Of a stretch of DNA of 64,000 nt, positions 52,575-62,046 are shown in pieces (the first letter of the stretch is position 1; every line of letters begins with the position of its first letter). Source of the DNA: Candidatus Uhrbacteria bacterium (GTDB taxonomy: Bacteria > Patescibacteriota > Patescibacteriia > UBA9934); contig JABJOE010000007.1 in the NCBI GenBank assembly GCA_018664485.1, positions 132,353 through 196,352 on the forward strand, in the 5' to 3' direction. The translations under genes were made by a program, and so were the position numbers. The notes under the pieces are model-generated. The model was not told the DNA's origin. It saw only the letters and a list, made by a program, of their open reading frames with translations, and ran no database searches.

Positions 52575-53285
52575 ATGACAGACCCTATGCCAAACGGAGC
52601 GCAGTCAAAGAAAAAGACTCATAACCTCATAATCGGGATTCTGGCGATTATCGTAGTTATACTTCTATTCTCTTGGCTTAACGAAGAGTCAGAGGAGATG
52701 TCAAACGACATTTCTGATAATGAGGAAGTTGTAAACGATGATACAGCTGACGAAAAACCAGAAGTTACCGGATCAAATTTTGACGGTATTAGTCCAAGTG
52801 ACTGGGAATTGACAGAGCGTGCAGAGACTGGAATTTCCTCGCTCACATCTGGGCAGCAAATTGATTTCTATGTAATGCCAGATCCTTCAGACGAGAACGT
52901 AGTATACTTTGCTGCAAGCGCATATGACGAAGGTGATGATCAACAGATGATCGGAATCTATAAATATAATACTGACGACTATAATTTCGAACGAATTTTC
53001 CGACGATCTTATGACGCCGGAGATATCGAAGGACTTCCTGAGGAAGCTCGACCTGTTATCCGAGTTGTAGGAGTTGACGACGGACGGCTTGTTCTACTAG
53101 TACAGAGCAACGACGATTCTCCAGGACCATGTTCACAGCCACTTCTGCTCGCTGACTCAGATGGTCGGCTAATGTGGAGTATGAGTGTGTCGGATCCATA
53201 TGGTGGATTTGAAGAATACGTACTTGATGAAGAAGTTCGTGCGGATGCAGAGTTAGCACAAGCAACTTGCGAAGAAGCTTTCTAG
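52575..53285 (+). CDS. Hypothetical membrane-anchored acidic protein.
   Basis: N-terminal TM (LIIGILAIIVVILLFSWL). No motif recognised. Terminator at 53310-53352. Confidence 0.45.
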   Translation: MTDPMPNGAQSKKKTHNLIIGILAIIVVILLFSWLNEESEEMSNDISDNEEVVNDDTADEKPEVTGSNFDGISPSDWELTERAETGISSLTSGQQIDFYVMPDPSDENVVYFAASAYDEGDDQQMIGIYKYNTDDYNFERIFRRSYDAGDIEGLPEEARPVIRVVGVDDGRLVLLVQSNDDSPGPCSQPLLLADSDGRLMWSMSVSDPYGGFEEYVLDEEVRADAELAQATCEEAF

Positions 53286-53309
53286 GCGCCACAAGCCCGC
53301 AAAGCAAAG

Positions 53310-53352
53310 CGACCGCCAGCCCGACAAAATGGGCGGCGGTCGTTTTAGTTTT
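53310..53352 (+). terminator. Rho-independent terminator.
   Basis: CGACCGCC (53310-53317) / GGCGGTCG (53335-53342), followed by TTTTAGTTTTC. Confidence 0.55.
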
Positions 53353-53450
53353 CATAACTGCTCATGGAGATAATAAAGGAGTTTAATCGTACTATTAACC
53401 CATCTACAAAACAAAACATCCTGACCAGCAAAATTGATCAGAATGCTTCA

Positions 53451-53527
53451 TGGTGGACCCTAAGGGATTCGAACCCTTGACCCCCTGCTTGCAAAGCAGG
53501 TGCTCTAGCCAACTGAGCTAAGGGCCC
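53451..53527 (-). tRNA. tRNA-Ala (anticodon UGC), with CCA encoded.
   Basis: The reverse complement, GGGCCCTTAGCTCAGTTGGCTAGAGCACCTGCTTTGCAAGCAGGGGGTCAAGGGTTCGAATCCCTTAGGGTCCACCA, folds as a cloverleaf. Anticodon loop TTTGCAA (TGC). T-arm GGGTTCGAATCCC. It has the G3:U70 wobble pair that is diagnostic of tRNA-Ala. Confidence 0.93.
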
Positions 53528-53613
53528 ACATTCTTGAGACAGTATCTCAAAGCGACAATAGCATACGTTTATAGCGTAAAACTGTCAATAAGGGCAGGGA
53601 TATATAGGGCTCC

Positions 53614-55011
53614 ATGTTACAATATCGTCATATGAAAAAAGTTATATTACTGGCATTTATATTAATTTTTGCGCCAGTTTTCACGTTTGCAGCTCAAGAA
53701 GACAGCGATCAGATCCAAGCTCGCCTATTTTCCACAGATGGTGCCATTACGGGGTCTTTCACGCCTTTTGATGAAGATTATCGTGGTTCAGGCAGCATAG
53801 CTACAGCTGACCTTGGTAATGACGGGATTTCGGAACTTATCATAGGTGCCGGACCCGGCCTTACCCCTGACGTCATGATCTATCGGCAAGACGGGACAGA
53901 AATCGGATCGTTCCTAGCATACGAGGAAACATTTGATCGCGGAGTAAATGTTGCGGTATGCGATGTCGACAATGATAGTGAAATGGATATTATTACAGCT
54001 CCAATGTTTGGCGGCGGTCCGCATGTTCGCATATTTAATACTTGGGGCGAACTTAAATCCGAATTCTTTGCGTACGACGAAACATTTTTGGGTGGCGTAA
54101 ACATTAGTTGCGGAGATGTAGACGGCGATGGTTTTGACGACATAATTACTGGCCCCGGAATTACAGGCGGTCCGCATGTTCGTATTTTTTCAAATGACGG
54201 TACACAACTTTTTGAAATGTTTACCGGGAGTGCTGATGACAACACAGGAATCACCGTTGCAGCCGCTGACTTAAACGGAGACGGAGATGCAGAAATAATT
54301 TCTGGCCGAGCCGGTTACGGAAACCCGACAGTTGTAGTTCTCGATCTCATAAACGGTCAACTTCGTTTCGTTCTTTCACTAGATGCATTCGATGATTATC
54401 GAAACGGTATCCAAGTTTTTTCAGGAGATATTGATCAGGATGGAATGGATGAAATTGGTGCCACAACTCAAGGTGGATACGAAACTTCCATAGCATTATT
54501 CGAAATGACTGGAGCGAAAGCGCTCTCGCTTACGACCGACGGAGAAAGTACAGAACACGGTATCGTGGCATCATTCATTGAAGATGATGACCCTACACTT
54601 TTTACGCTAACATCAGAGCAAAAAACGCAAAATGAAACAGGTCAATATATTCTCGTTGACCTCTCTGAACAAACACTTTATGCATACGAAGACGGGGCGC
54701 TTGTACTCGCTTCCCTGGTATCAACTGGTAAGTATTACTATCCGACACCCCAAGGTAGAACTGAAGTATCTGCAAAACTTTTGTGGCATGATTACGTGTG
54801 GTCATACGGTGAAGATGACCCAAGTAATTACAGTTTACCTGATGTAAAATACAACATGCGTTTCCGTTCACACTACTATTTACATTACGCATACTGGCAC
54901 AACAACTTCGGAAATAAAATGAGTCACGGTTGTGTGAATATGCCTTACGATGAAATTGAATTTGTTTACAATTGGGCAGACGTCGGAGTTGGAGTAGAAA
55001 TTGTAGAGTAG
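53614..55011 (+). CDS. Secreted FG-GAP (integrin-alpha-like) repeat protein with a C-terminal L,D-transpeptidase (YkuD) catalytic domain.
   Basis: Signal peptide MKKVILLAFILIFAPVFTFAAQ; the likely start is 53632, which is leaderless (TACAAT at 53618-53623 lies 8 nt before that ATG). Repeated D-x-D/N-G-D-G FG-GAP units (DLGNDGISELIIG, CDVDNDSEMDII, GDVDGDGFDDII, ADLNGDGDAEII, GDIDQDGMDEIG). C-terminal ...SHGCVNM... is the LDT catalytic-Cys motif. Confidence 0.8.
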   Translation: MLQYRHMKKVILLAFILIFAPVFTFAAQEDSDQIQARLFSTDGAITGSFTPFDEDYRGSGSIATADLGNDGISELIIGAGPGLTPDVMIYRQDGTEIGSFLAYEETFDRGVNVAVCDVDNDSEMDIITAPMFGGGPHVRIFNTWGELKSEFFAYDETFLGGVNISCGDVDGDGFDDIITGPGITGGPHVRIFSNDGTQLFEMFTGSADDNTGITVAAADLNGDGDAEIISGRAGYGNPTVVVLDLINGQLRFVLSLDAFDDYRNGIQVFSGDIDQDGMDEIGATTQGGYETSIALFEMTGAKALSLTTDGESTEHGIVASFIEDDDPTLFTLTSEQKTQNETGQYILVDLSEQTLYAYEDGALVLASLVSTGKYYYPTPQGRTEVSAKLLWHDYVWSYGEDDPSNYSLPDVKYNMRFRSHYYLHYAYWHNNFGNKMSHGCVNMPYDEIEFVYNWADVGVGVEIVE

Positions 55012-55235
55012 AAAATTTTATTGTTGTGCATAACTTTCACGTTTTTGTTTTTTTTATTGCACAAACAACGATATACTTTAAACAGAAGCATTTTTGTTTC
55101 TTCGTTGTATGGTGCACGCACGTGCGCATGATGCAGTGAAAAAAATTTGCGCGACGATCAAAAAAAACTTTGCTGTCGACAAAGTGATCGACGTGACATA
55201 TGACATTTCAATTGTCACTAGAAAGGGTACAAAAT

Positions 55236-55526
55236 ATGCCTGCTAAAAAACGAAAGCCAGCTAAAAAGAAAGTAGCTAAGCGAAAGCCTGCGAAACGCAA
55301 AGTTGCGAAACGTAAGCCAGCTAAGCGAAAGGTTGCTAAGCGTAAGCCTGCAAAACGAAAGACTGCAGCAAAGCGTAAACCAGCTAAAAAGAAAGTAGCT
55401 AAGCGAAAGCCTGCGAAACGCAAAGTTGCGAAACGTAAGCCAGCTAAGCGAAAGGTTGCTAAGCGTAAGCCTGCAAAACGAAAGACTGCAGCAAAGCGTA
55501 AACCAGCTAAACGTAAAAAGCGTTAA
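55236..55526 (+). CDS. Histone H1-like / Hc2-like basic repeat protein (AKRKPAKRKV repeats, 96 aa).
   Basis: MPAKKRKPAKKKVAKRKPAKRKVAKRK... is almost pure Lys/Arg/Ala/Pro. RBS-like AAAGGG lies upstream. Start ATG 55236 is preferred over the ORF-track start at 55200. Confidence 0.7.
   Translation: MPAKKRKPAKKKVAKRKPAKRKVAKRKPAKRKVAKRKPAKRKTAAKRKPAKKKVAKRKPAKRKVAKRKPAKRKVAKRKPAKRKTAAKRKPAKRKKR
55258..55503 (+). repeat. Perfect 123-bp x 2 tandem duplication inside the histone-like gene.
   Basis: 55258-55380 is 100% identical to 55381-55503, verified base by base. Each unit encodes 41 aa and itself contains roughly 30-nt sub-repeats. Confidence 0.9.
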
Positions 55527-55782
55527 GCTAACGGTATCTCTGCGGAATCATGTCCCGAGATCAAAGTTAGATAATTTCAATCAAAGAGAAGAAAGATTGA
55601 TAAAGCGATGCATGAGCATCGGTGAAGAAATCTGACGAAGTCTTTGGAAGAAAGGATCGCTTTTATCCGGTACAAGATTCTGTAGAGGTGCCGCAACAAC
55701 AAAATACCCGCCGTTCCAGGAGGACTCCGTAGGAGGAATCAACTTGGGACGTGCGGGAATTTTGTTTGAAAATTTTGTATAC

Positions 55783-57162
55783 CTAACTACGTCGAACAAT
55801 CGATGTAACCGAACCAATACATAGCCCCAATAAAGAACCTGCCATACCTTTTACTATTAGCGTTGGTTCAATCCCCGCACCAAGAATATCAAGAGTTGAA
55901 ATTAGCAAGAGAAACACCAATCCGACAACCAGCGTTATCTCAATAGTTAATCTTTTAATACTCGGCCGTACCCAGGTGGCAATTACTGGAACAGCAAGAG
56001 CTGCAGCGAACGCGACAAACAAATATGTAGTAACAATAACGCTTGCAAGTAGCAGTGCTACGATAGTGCAGATTACGACCATTACAGCGATAAAAATACG
56101 TGTCAATTTTACAACCTTCCGTTTTGAATAGTCGCGCGACAAATAGTCTTGAACGAAAGACGACGCTGCAGTAAATGCATACGTATCCATAGAAGACATG
56201 AATGCTCCGAAGAACACGATCACTGCTAAGCCTCCGAACCCTACAGGTAGTAGCTGCGTAAACCCTTCAATTATAGCCGTATCAGGGTCCAAACCTGGTA
56301 ACGCCGACTTAATCGCAAGACCGACGAGCGTTAAAATCGCTCCAACGACAACATATATAATGATTGAATAAAAAATGCTCTTGCTCATCGTATCGGTATC
56401 TTTCATTGCATAAACCCGCTGCCAAAGGTCTGGTGACGCAAACGGAAGCAAAAATCCCATCAACAAGAAACCTATGATCGTCTTTGCACCAGCCGAGACG
56501 ATGTTCATATCTCCAACCTCAAATCCCCCACCCATCATTAACGTTCCCGCGAATAACGCTAGGATGAATACTATTACCCCATACTGCAATACGTCCGTCT
56601 TAACTACAGCCTTGAAACCTGCAAGAAGCAAATATATCAAAACCACAGAAGACGTAAGAATTGTTGCCACCGTATAATTGATACCCGTATATAAGTTGAT
56701 TACCTTCGCAGAACCAACTAAACTTGCCACAAAAAATCCAACCATCATAATAATATTGATGCTAGATGCCAGCTTCGCCGATAATGGACTGAACTTTTTC
56801 CGAAAATAATCCCCAAGAGTATAAAATCTTCCCTCAGATATCTTACGTAACTTTTTAGCAAATGGAATAAATGCAAAATATCCCAAACCTATTCCAATGA
56901 AAACCCAAAAAGCTGAAATGCCATAAAAATACAATAACGCTGTATACGCCAGCAGAATTCCGCCGGTCTTAGTCGCATTGATCGTGGCAATTCCCGACAA
57001 AATACCTAGCTTTCTGTCAGCAATTAAAAAGCTCTCCTCTGTTTCACGCTTGGAAGCTACATAACCGATCGCAACAACGAGGATAAGATATATAGCTATG
57101 AAGAAATAATCTATTGGTACAAACATATAAGTAATAATTTTATAGAAAGAGAATACCAACAT
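55783..57162 (-). CDS. Sodium:solute symporter family (SSF) transporter.
   Basis: 12-13 TM helices with the SSF-like N-terminal region (ILVVAIGYVASKRETEESFLIADRKLGILSGIATINATKTGG). The likely start is ATG 57126 (MFVPIDYFF). Confidence 0.65.
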   Translation of the reverse strand: MLVFSFYKIITYMFVPIDYFFIAIYLILVVAIGYVASKRETEESFLIADRKLGILSGIATINATKTGGILLAYTALLYFYGISAFWVFIGIGLGYFAFIPFAKKLRKISEGRFYTLGDYFRKKFSPLSAKLASSINIIMMVGFFVASLVGSAKVINLYTGINYTVATILTSSVVLIYLLLAGFKAVVKTDVLQYGVIVFILALFAGTLMMGGGFEVGDMNIVSAGAKTIIGFLLMGFLLPFASPDLWQRVYAMKDTDTMSKSIFYSIIIYVVVGAILTLVGLAIKSALPGLDPDTAIIEGFTQLLPVGFGGLAVIVFFGAFMSSMDTYAFTAASSFVQDYLSRDYSKRKVVKLTRIFIAVMVVICTIVALLLASVIVTTYLFVAFAAALAVPVIATWVRPSIKRLTIEITLVVGLVFLLLISTLDILGAGIEPTLIVKGMAGSLLGLCIGSVTSIVRRS

Positions 57163-57265
57163 TGAGGATAAAATGGGCTAAGATATAGACAAAATTGGCT
57201 AACTTTGGTATAAAATCAGCACAAATCAAGATAAATATTGTCAACGGTTTTCTGACAACTTAGAT

Positions 57266-58015
57266 ATGACTGGAAAACAACTACTAAAAAGGCTGGGCCT
57301 TAACAAACGTGAAGTAGAAGTCTACTTAGCCGGATTAAGCGCCGGACCATCAACGGCACGTGCGTTATCACAAAAAGCAAAGCTCGGTCGCCAACTAACC
57401 TACAACGCCCTTACTTCCCTTCAAGATAAGGGGCTCTTAAGTACATCCGGGCCAAAGTACAAAACAGTTTTCATAATGGAGTCTGCAGATAAACTCGCAA
57501 AGTTGATTCACAGAAGGCGGATGGAGCTCGAAACAATCGAAAACAATCTTGACCAGCTAGCTGGACTGCTAGAGAAACCGAAAAAGAATGCCAACAAGTC
57601 AAATGTCCGTGTCTACACTGGTATAGAAGGACTCAAACAAATCGCTATGGAGTCAACTGAATCAAAAGAAAAAGTCGTACGCTCTTTGGTTTCGATAAAG
57701 CATGTTACAGATACTATAAGTCGATCTTTTTTATCCAGTTGGATTGGAGAAATTCGAGAGCGTAAAATCAAAAGCAAAAGTTTGTGGACAGTGGAAAATG
57801 TCGATCCGATATATCAAACCGGTTTTCGAAATCTGCGTGTTATTCCAAAAGGTATGAAGCTTCCAGCAGGTCTGCTAATTTACGACAATACAGTAATGAT
57901 CTTCACGCCTAAACCAGATGTAATGGGGATAGTTATTGATAATAAAGAAATCGCGCAAACCATGAAAACGATCCACGATAGCATTTGGAAACAGTCATCT
58001 CCTCCCAGGAGATAG
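57266..58015 (+). CDS. TrmB-family transcriptional regulator (second copy).
   Basis: wHTH LLKRLGLNKREVEVYLAGLSAGPSTARALSQKAKLGRQLTYNALTSLQDKGLLS, divergent from the SSF transporter gene. Confidence 0.7.
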   Translation: MTGKQLLKRLGLNKREVEVYLAGLSAGPSTARALSQKAKLGRQLTYNALTSLQDKGLLSTSGPKYKTVFIMESADKLAKLIHRRRMELETIENNLDQLAGLLEKPKKNANKSNVRVYTGIEGLKQIAMESTESKEKVVRSLVSIKHVTDTISRSFLSSWIGEIRERKIKSKSLWTVENVDPIYQTGFRNLRVIPKGMKLPAGLLIYDNTVMIFTPKPDVMGIVIDNKEIAQTMKTIHDSIWKQSSPPRR

Positions 58016-58046
58016 TCGTGTACCTGTAAATTTAGTAATAAGACTT

Positions 58047-58571
58047 ATGAACTACCCAATACTCATTACAGGAATCGCTGCATCAGGAAAAACAACGGTC
58101 TGCAAAGAATTGAAACGGCTAGGATATAACGCTGTAGACATAGAACGAATAGAGGGAATGTTTACAAAAGTAGTTCGATCAACGGGAGAGCCGTATACTG
58201 GTCCCGATAAAAACAGTATTGCTGTCGTGAAGCGAACAGACTGGATTTGCGATAAGACCAAACTTACTACCTTTCTGAATGATCAAGAAGGGATTATTTT
58301 CTGTGGTGGTGTCGCCGCCAATATAGAAGAAATCATTCCACTTTTTAAAAAAGTAATTCTACTAACGGCAGGTCGTGAAACTATTGGCGAACGACTGCAA
58401 ACTCGTACCGGAACAGGTTTTGGAAAAGATCCGGAAGTTCAAGAAATGATTCTTGGACAAATCGACTCTGTAAATCAAGATATTGTAAGTAACGGCGCAG
58501 TTACAGTTGACACCGATCGACCACTTAACGAAGTTACAGAAGAAATCCTAGGAAAGACAAATTTACATTGA
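58047..58571 (+). CDS. P-loop NTPase, small kinase-like (AAA_33 / nucleotide-kinase-like).
   Basis: Walker A ILITGIAASGKTTVCKEL. 174 aa. No further specificity determinable. Confidence 0.55.
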   Translation: MNYPILITGIAASGKTTVCKELKRLGYNAVDIERIEGMFTKVVRSTGEPYTGPDKNSIAVVKRTDWICDKTKLTTFLNDQEGIIFCGGVAANIEEIIPLFKKVILLTAGRETIGERLQTRTGTGFGKDPEVQEMILGQIDSVNQDIVSNGAVTVDTDRPLNEVTEEILGKTNLH

Positions 58572-58639
58572 TTACCTATAAGTAAAATCAGTAACTCTAG
58601 TCGCTCTTTCCAATTAGATTCACATGATATAATTTACAC

Positions 58640-58918
58640 ATGAAAAATGACCCAGCATACAAAACGTTGCTTCAGGCAATCATTGATGAAGAGGCTAAGC
58701 AGACAGGTAAAATGTATGTAGGGATACTTGCATCAAAATTTGGAATCGAGGTAGATTTCGACTTTAAAATTAAGAAATACTCAGGTCACGGACAAAAAAC
58801 TGCAAAACAGTTAGTTACAAGATTTATCGATTTTGGAGGAGAGGCTACACGAATCAAATTAATAAAAGCGACACAACCTGTGCTAGATGCCAACCCAAAA
58901 ATAAAACTAAATATTTAA
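58640..58918 (+). CDS. Hypothetical protein (92 aa).
   Basis: ORF only. Confidence 0.35.
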   Translation: MKNDPAYKTLLQAIIDEEAKQTGKMYVGILASKFGIEVDFDFKIKKYSGHGQKTAKQLVTRFIDFGGEATRIKLIKATQPVLDANPKIKLNI

Positions 58919-58919
58919 T

Positions 58920-59213
58920 ATGATTTTGTACGAAATTTTTCCAAACGCAATTGCCGCCACACTATCTTTAGTGGCGATAATTATGCTATTTAAATTCGCT
59001 CAAAAAATGAAGGGCGGTAAACTTTCAGAGGTAATAAACTATCTGGTAGTTGGAATACTGTTCTCAGTTACTATCCATGCGGTTTTTGAACTATTGCATG
59101 CAATGGAATTGATAAGTGCCGAGGCACTATTACCTATCATGGGAGCTCTACTTTCAATAGGATCTGTCAGTTTTCTCATTGCAGGATACAAAGGACTAAA
59201 GGCACTGAAATAA
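58920..59213 (+). CDS. Hypothetical membrane protein (97 aa, 3 TM).
   Basis: Hydrophobic helices. Starts 2 nt after the previous stop. Confidence 0.4.
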   Translation: MILYEIFPNAIAATLSLVAIIMLFKFAQKMKGGKLSEVINYLVVGILFSVTIHAVFELLHAMELISAEALLPIMGALLSIGSVSFLIAGYKGLKALK

Positions 59214-59223
59214 ATTACTCTTT

Positions 59224-60468
59224 TTACACCGGGAGTCCTTCATCGTCATTAAAAATCTTCACTTTTCCAAATACACCGTCATAACCTGGGCGAATGTGTA
59301 GCTGCCCTGCCCGCATACGTCGAATTGCTTCGGCGATTGCCGGCGTAGAGCCTTTTTGAATCTCATCAATCGGGACATCAAGTAAAATTGTAAACTCGTC
59401 AGCAATATCTGCAATCATTTTCTCATACATCGCCTGAACTTTCTTTCCATTTGTTAGTTTCATGCCGAGCCCCTCTGCCACGATCTCCTGCAAAGGCACA
59501 ATGGACTTAAACGGAACCTGTCCCTTAGGAATTTTTTTAATATCTCGATCGGCAAGTTCACGCACTCTCGACAACACACCAATTGTTAAACCTTTTCCGC
59601 ACATCTTACATTTACCGCTAAGCTTCGCAGTTTCACGAGGCTCACACCAAAATCCACAACCTGAACATCCATCTGCATAATACTTTCCTTCCTCGGGATG
59701 AAACTCAATCGTGTATTTAAATTTATCCGTATCACGCTCTCGCAATATTCGTACGAACTCATCAAAATTTATTTCATCCGGCTCGAGCTCAAATACATTT
59801 GCTTCACGTCCAAAGTTGCGCGGCGAATGAGCGTCGGAATTTGAAATTAACATTACGTTATCAAGAGCCGAAAGCTGGCGGTTCATCAACGGGTCAGATG
59901 ATAATCCAGTTTCAATTGCGTAAATATACTCAGACATCTCTCCAAAACATTCTTCAATCGAATCGAACCCGGACTTCGATCCAAAAATGGCAAACCAAGG
60001 GGTCCATGCATGTGCCGGAATAATAATGACTCGATCATCAATATCCTTCAGTCGTTTGTACAATTCCTCTGAATCAAGTCCCAAAATCGGTCGGCCATCG
60101 GCCTTCAAATTAAACCCCTGACCAGACAACCACTTATTAATCTTACGTACCGACTCAAGTGAGGGTGCCATCACAATATTATGAACGCGTCGTCCTTTAT
60201 CGCCACGGCGATACATCTGTGAGAGCTCTGTCGTGAACATGTAGCGCATCTTAGCGTATGCACCAGACTTCAAGCGATACATTCCTGGCTCAGCCTCCTC
60301 AAGACCTTCCTCGAGTTCCTTAAACCATGTGGGATGAGTAAAATCAGCAGTCCCTAAGACGTTCACGCCCTTCTTCTCACACCATAAAGCATTATTCTCT
60401 AACGTAAGCTTCTTTGAGCAAGCTCTTGAGAATCTAGAATGAAGATGCCAATCTGTTATTACTCGCAT
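59224..60468 (-). CDS. PHP-domain protein with a Zn-ribbon; Endonuclease Q (EndoQ)-like.
   Basis: N-terminal PHP motif DWHLHSRFS. An internal Cys4 cluster (CSGCGFWCEP...CKMCGK). Length about 414 aa. This matches the architecture of archaeal/bacterial EndoQ as I recall it. Confidence 0.5.
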   Translation of the reverse strand: MRVITDWHLHSRFSRACSKKLTLENNALWCEKKGVNVLGTADFTHPTWFKELEEGLEEAEPGMYRLKSGAYAKMRYMFTTELSQMYRRGDKGRRVHNIVMAPSLESVRKINKWLSGQGFNLKADGRPILGLDSEELYKRLKDIDDRVIIIPAHAWTPWFAIFGSKSGFDSIEECFGEMSEYIYAIETGLSSDPLMNRQLSALDNVMLISNSDAHSPRNFGREANVFELEPDEINFDEFVRILRERDTDKFKYTIEFHPEEGKYYADGCSGCGFWCEPRETAKLSGKCKMCGKGLTIGVLSRVRELADRDIKKIPKGQVPFKSIVPLQEIVAEGLGMKLTNGKKVQAMYEKMIADIADEFTILLDVPIDEIQKGSTPAIAEAIRRMRAGQLHIRPGYDGVFGKVKIFNDDEGLPV

Positions 60469-60488
60469 ATCTTGTTAGAAAATTTCAG

Positions 60489-61136
60489 CTATGAAACCAC
60501 TACCACCGGCTTCTCGTTTTGCAATTTTCTCTTGCGAGTATACGGGCTCATTTTAAACAAAGACCAAAATGTCAGAAGAGCATCTGCACCCATAAATATC
60601 ATGAACGATCCGAGTGTAATATCTTGGTGAACTGTTGCGTCTAAAACATCTGGCGCGTTCATCAAAAATGCCAAAATGACAATTACAATCAGTAGAATTC
60701 TCCATCGTCCAACATAATAAATGCGAGATAATAAAGTGATGATCACTTGTAAAGGCAATCTAATCATTGCAGCGGGTAGTGCAGTAATAAACAGCAAAGT
60801 AACTCCGATCAATTCGGCAATCTGTAAACACCAACGCTTTGCCCTTCCCTGCAGTGAATGTAAAGCCAGTGCTCCGACAACAAGAATGACAACCATAATC
60901 ATTAATGTTCTTCCAGATGATATTGCATCACCTGTGACGGTACCTATTCCTCGAGCACCCACAAGAGCATCAATTAGACCACCGAACACAATTATCGTAT
61001 ATGGAACACCGACACCAACGATCACAGAGACAGCGACCAACCCCAAGAAAAACTTTACTGACGCACCCCAAAGCATCTCACCGGTACCCCTCAACCTAGT
61101 ACTATATTGCTTAATTGCCTGTAGTATTTCATGCAT
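60489..61136 (-). CDS. Hypothetical integral membrane protein (about 6 TM).
   Basis: Hydrophobicity pattern only. Confidence 0.45.
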   Translation of the reverse strand: MHEILQAIKQYSTRLRGTGEMLWGASVKFFLGLVAVSVIVGVGVPYTIIVFGGLIDALVGARGIGTVTGDAISSGRTLMIMVVILVVGALALHSLQGRAKRWCLQIAELIGVTLLFITALPAAMIRLPLQVIITLLSRIYYVGRWRILLIVIVILAFLMNAPDVLDATVHQDITLGSFMIFMGADALLTFWSLFKMSPYTRKRKLQNEKPVVVVS

Positions 61137-61222
61137 ATCAGTGTTTATTAGATGAATCCAATATGTACCTATTTTATCAGAAAATAAAAAGAAGCGCTTA
61201 GCGCGCCCTCTTTATTTTATAT

Positions 61223-61966
61223 CTAGCCAAGAAGCTTCTCCGCTGCAGCTAAATCTTCTGGAGAATTCACGCCGACAACCTCAAATGGATCTGCGGTAGC
61301 TGTAACGATATCAGCGCCTTCTTCGATTGCCATTTCAATCAAGTCCGTCAAATAATACTCTCCGCTAGCATTTTTATTTTTGATCTCAGGCAAATGTTCC
61401 CAAAGCCACTGAGCACTAAAAGCGAATAGAGATGGATTTACTTCTTTGATATCTAATTCCTCCTCGCTTGCATCCTTAGCCTCACGAATTGCGAGGATAC
61501 GTCCTGTTGAATCCCGCACAATACGCCCCCACGTTTTAAATGTTGTGTAATCTTTTTTATAATTCGGAACCTTGGTGGTGATCATTGCAATAGCTGTCTC
61601 GTGCTCCGCATGCAGGTCATTGAGCTTATTCAGAGTCTCTCCACTAATAAATGGATGGTCACCATTGAGTACTATTATTCTCTCAGCATCGTTTGCAGCA
61701 TCTTGCGCACATGAAACTGCATTTCCAGTTCCGAGCTGCTCAGCCTGAACACTGTACTCACAACGGTCTGCACAAATCGTGTTGAAATCCTCAATCGTAT
61801 CTGGTGCGACTATTACTATCGGTCGCGAATCAATTCCGGAATCTTCAATGCCGTCGAGCAGGTGTTCAATCATCGGTCTGCTGGCGATTTCTACAAGAGG
61901 CTTGGCAACATCTGCCCCCATTCTCTTACCTTTTCCAGCTGCCATTACAATAATACGTGTACCCAT
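61223..61966 (-). CDS. Sugar-phosphate nucleotidyltransferase (GlmU N-terminal-like / NTP_transferase), without an acetyltransferase domain.
   Basis: IIVMAAGKGKRMGADVAKPLVEIASRPMIEHLL is the canonical (L/M)AAGxGxRM NTP_transferase motif. Its promoter TTGACT-N17-TACAAT is on the minus strand (plus coordinates 61998-62026). Confidence 0.75.
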   Translation of the reverse strand: MGTRIIVMAAGKGKRMGADVAKPLVEIASRPMIEHLLDGIEDSGIDSRPIVIVAPDTIEDFNTICADRCEYSVQAEQLGTGNAVSCAQDAANDAERIIVLNGDHPFISGETLNKLNDLHAEHETAIAMITTKVPNYKKDYTTFKTWGRIVRDSTGRILAIREAKDASEEELDIKEVNPSLFAFSAQWLWEHLPEIKNKNASGEYYLTDLIEMAIEEGADIVTATADPFEVVGVNSPEDLAAAEKLLG

Positions 61967-62046
61967 ATACTAGATCTAATATCATTACTTCGGAAAAATT
62001 GTAGCCAGATTCGACAATAAAGTCAATAAATGGTTAGATTATTAGG

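Noticed and set aside
53286-53613. tRNA-Ala as an integration site for a mobile element.
   Set aside because: There is no integrase and no direct repeat of the tRNA 3' end in the flanking 1 kb. The neighbouring genes are ordinary.
55208-55423. Antisense 71-aa ORF (FAGLRLATF...) opposite the histone-like gene.
   Set aside because: It is the mirror image of a perfect tandem repeat. The sense frame encodes a recognisable Lys/Arg-rich DNA-binding repeat protein with an RBS.
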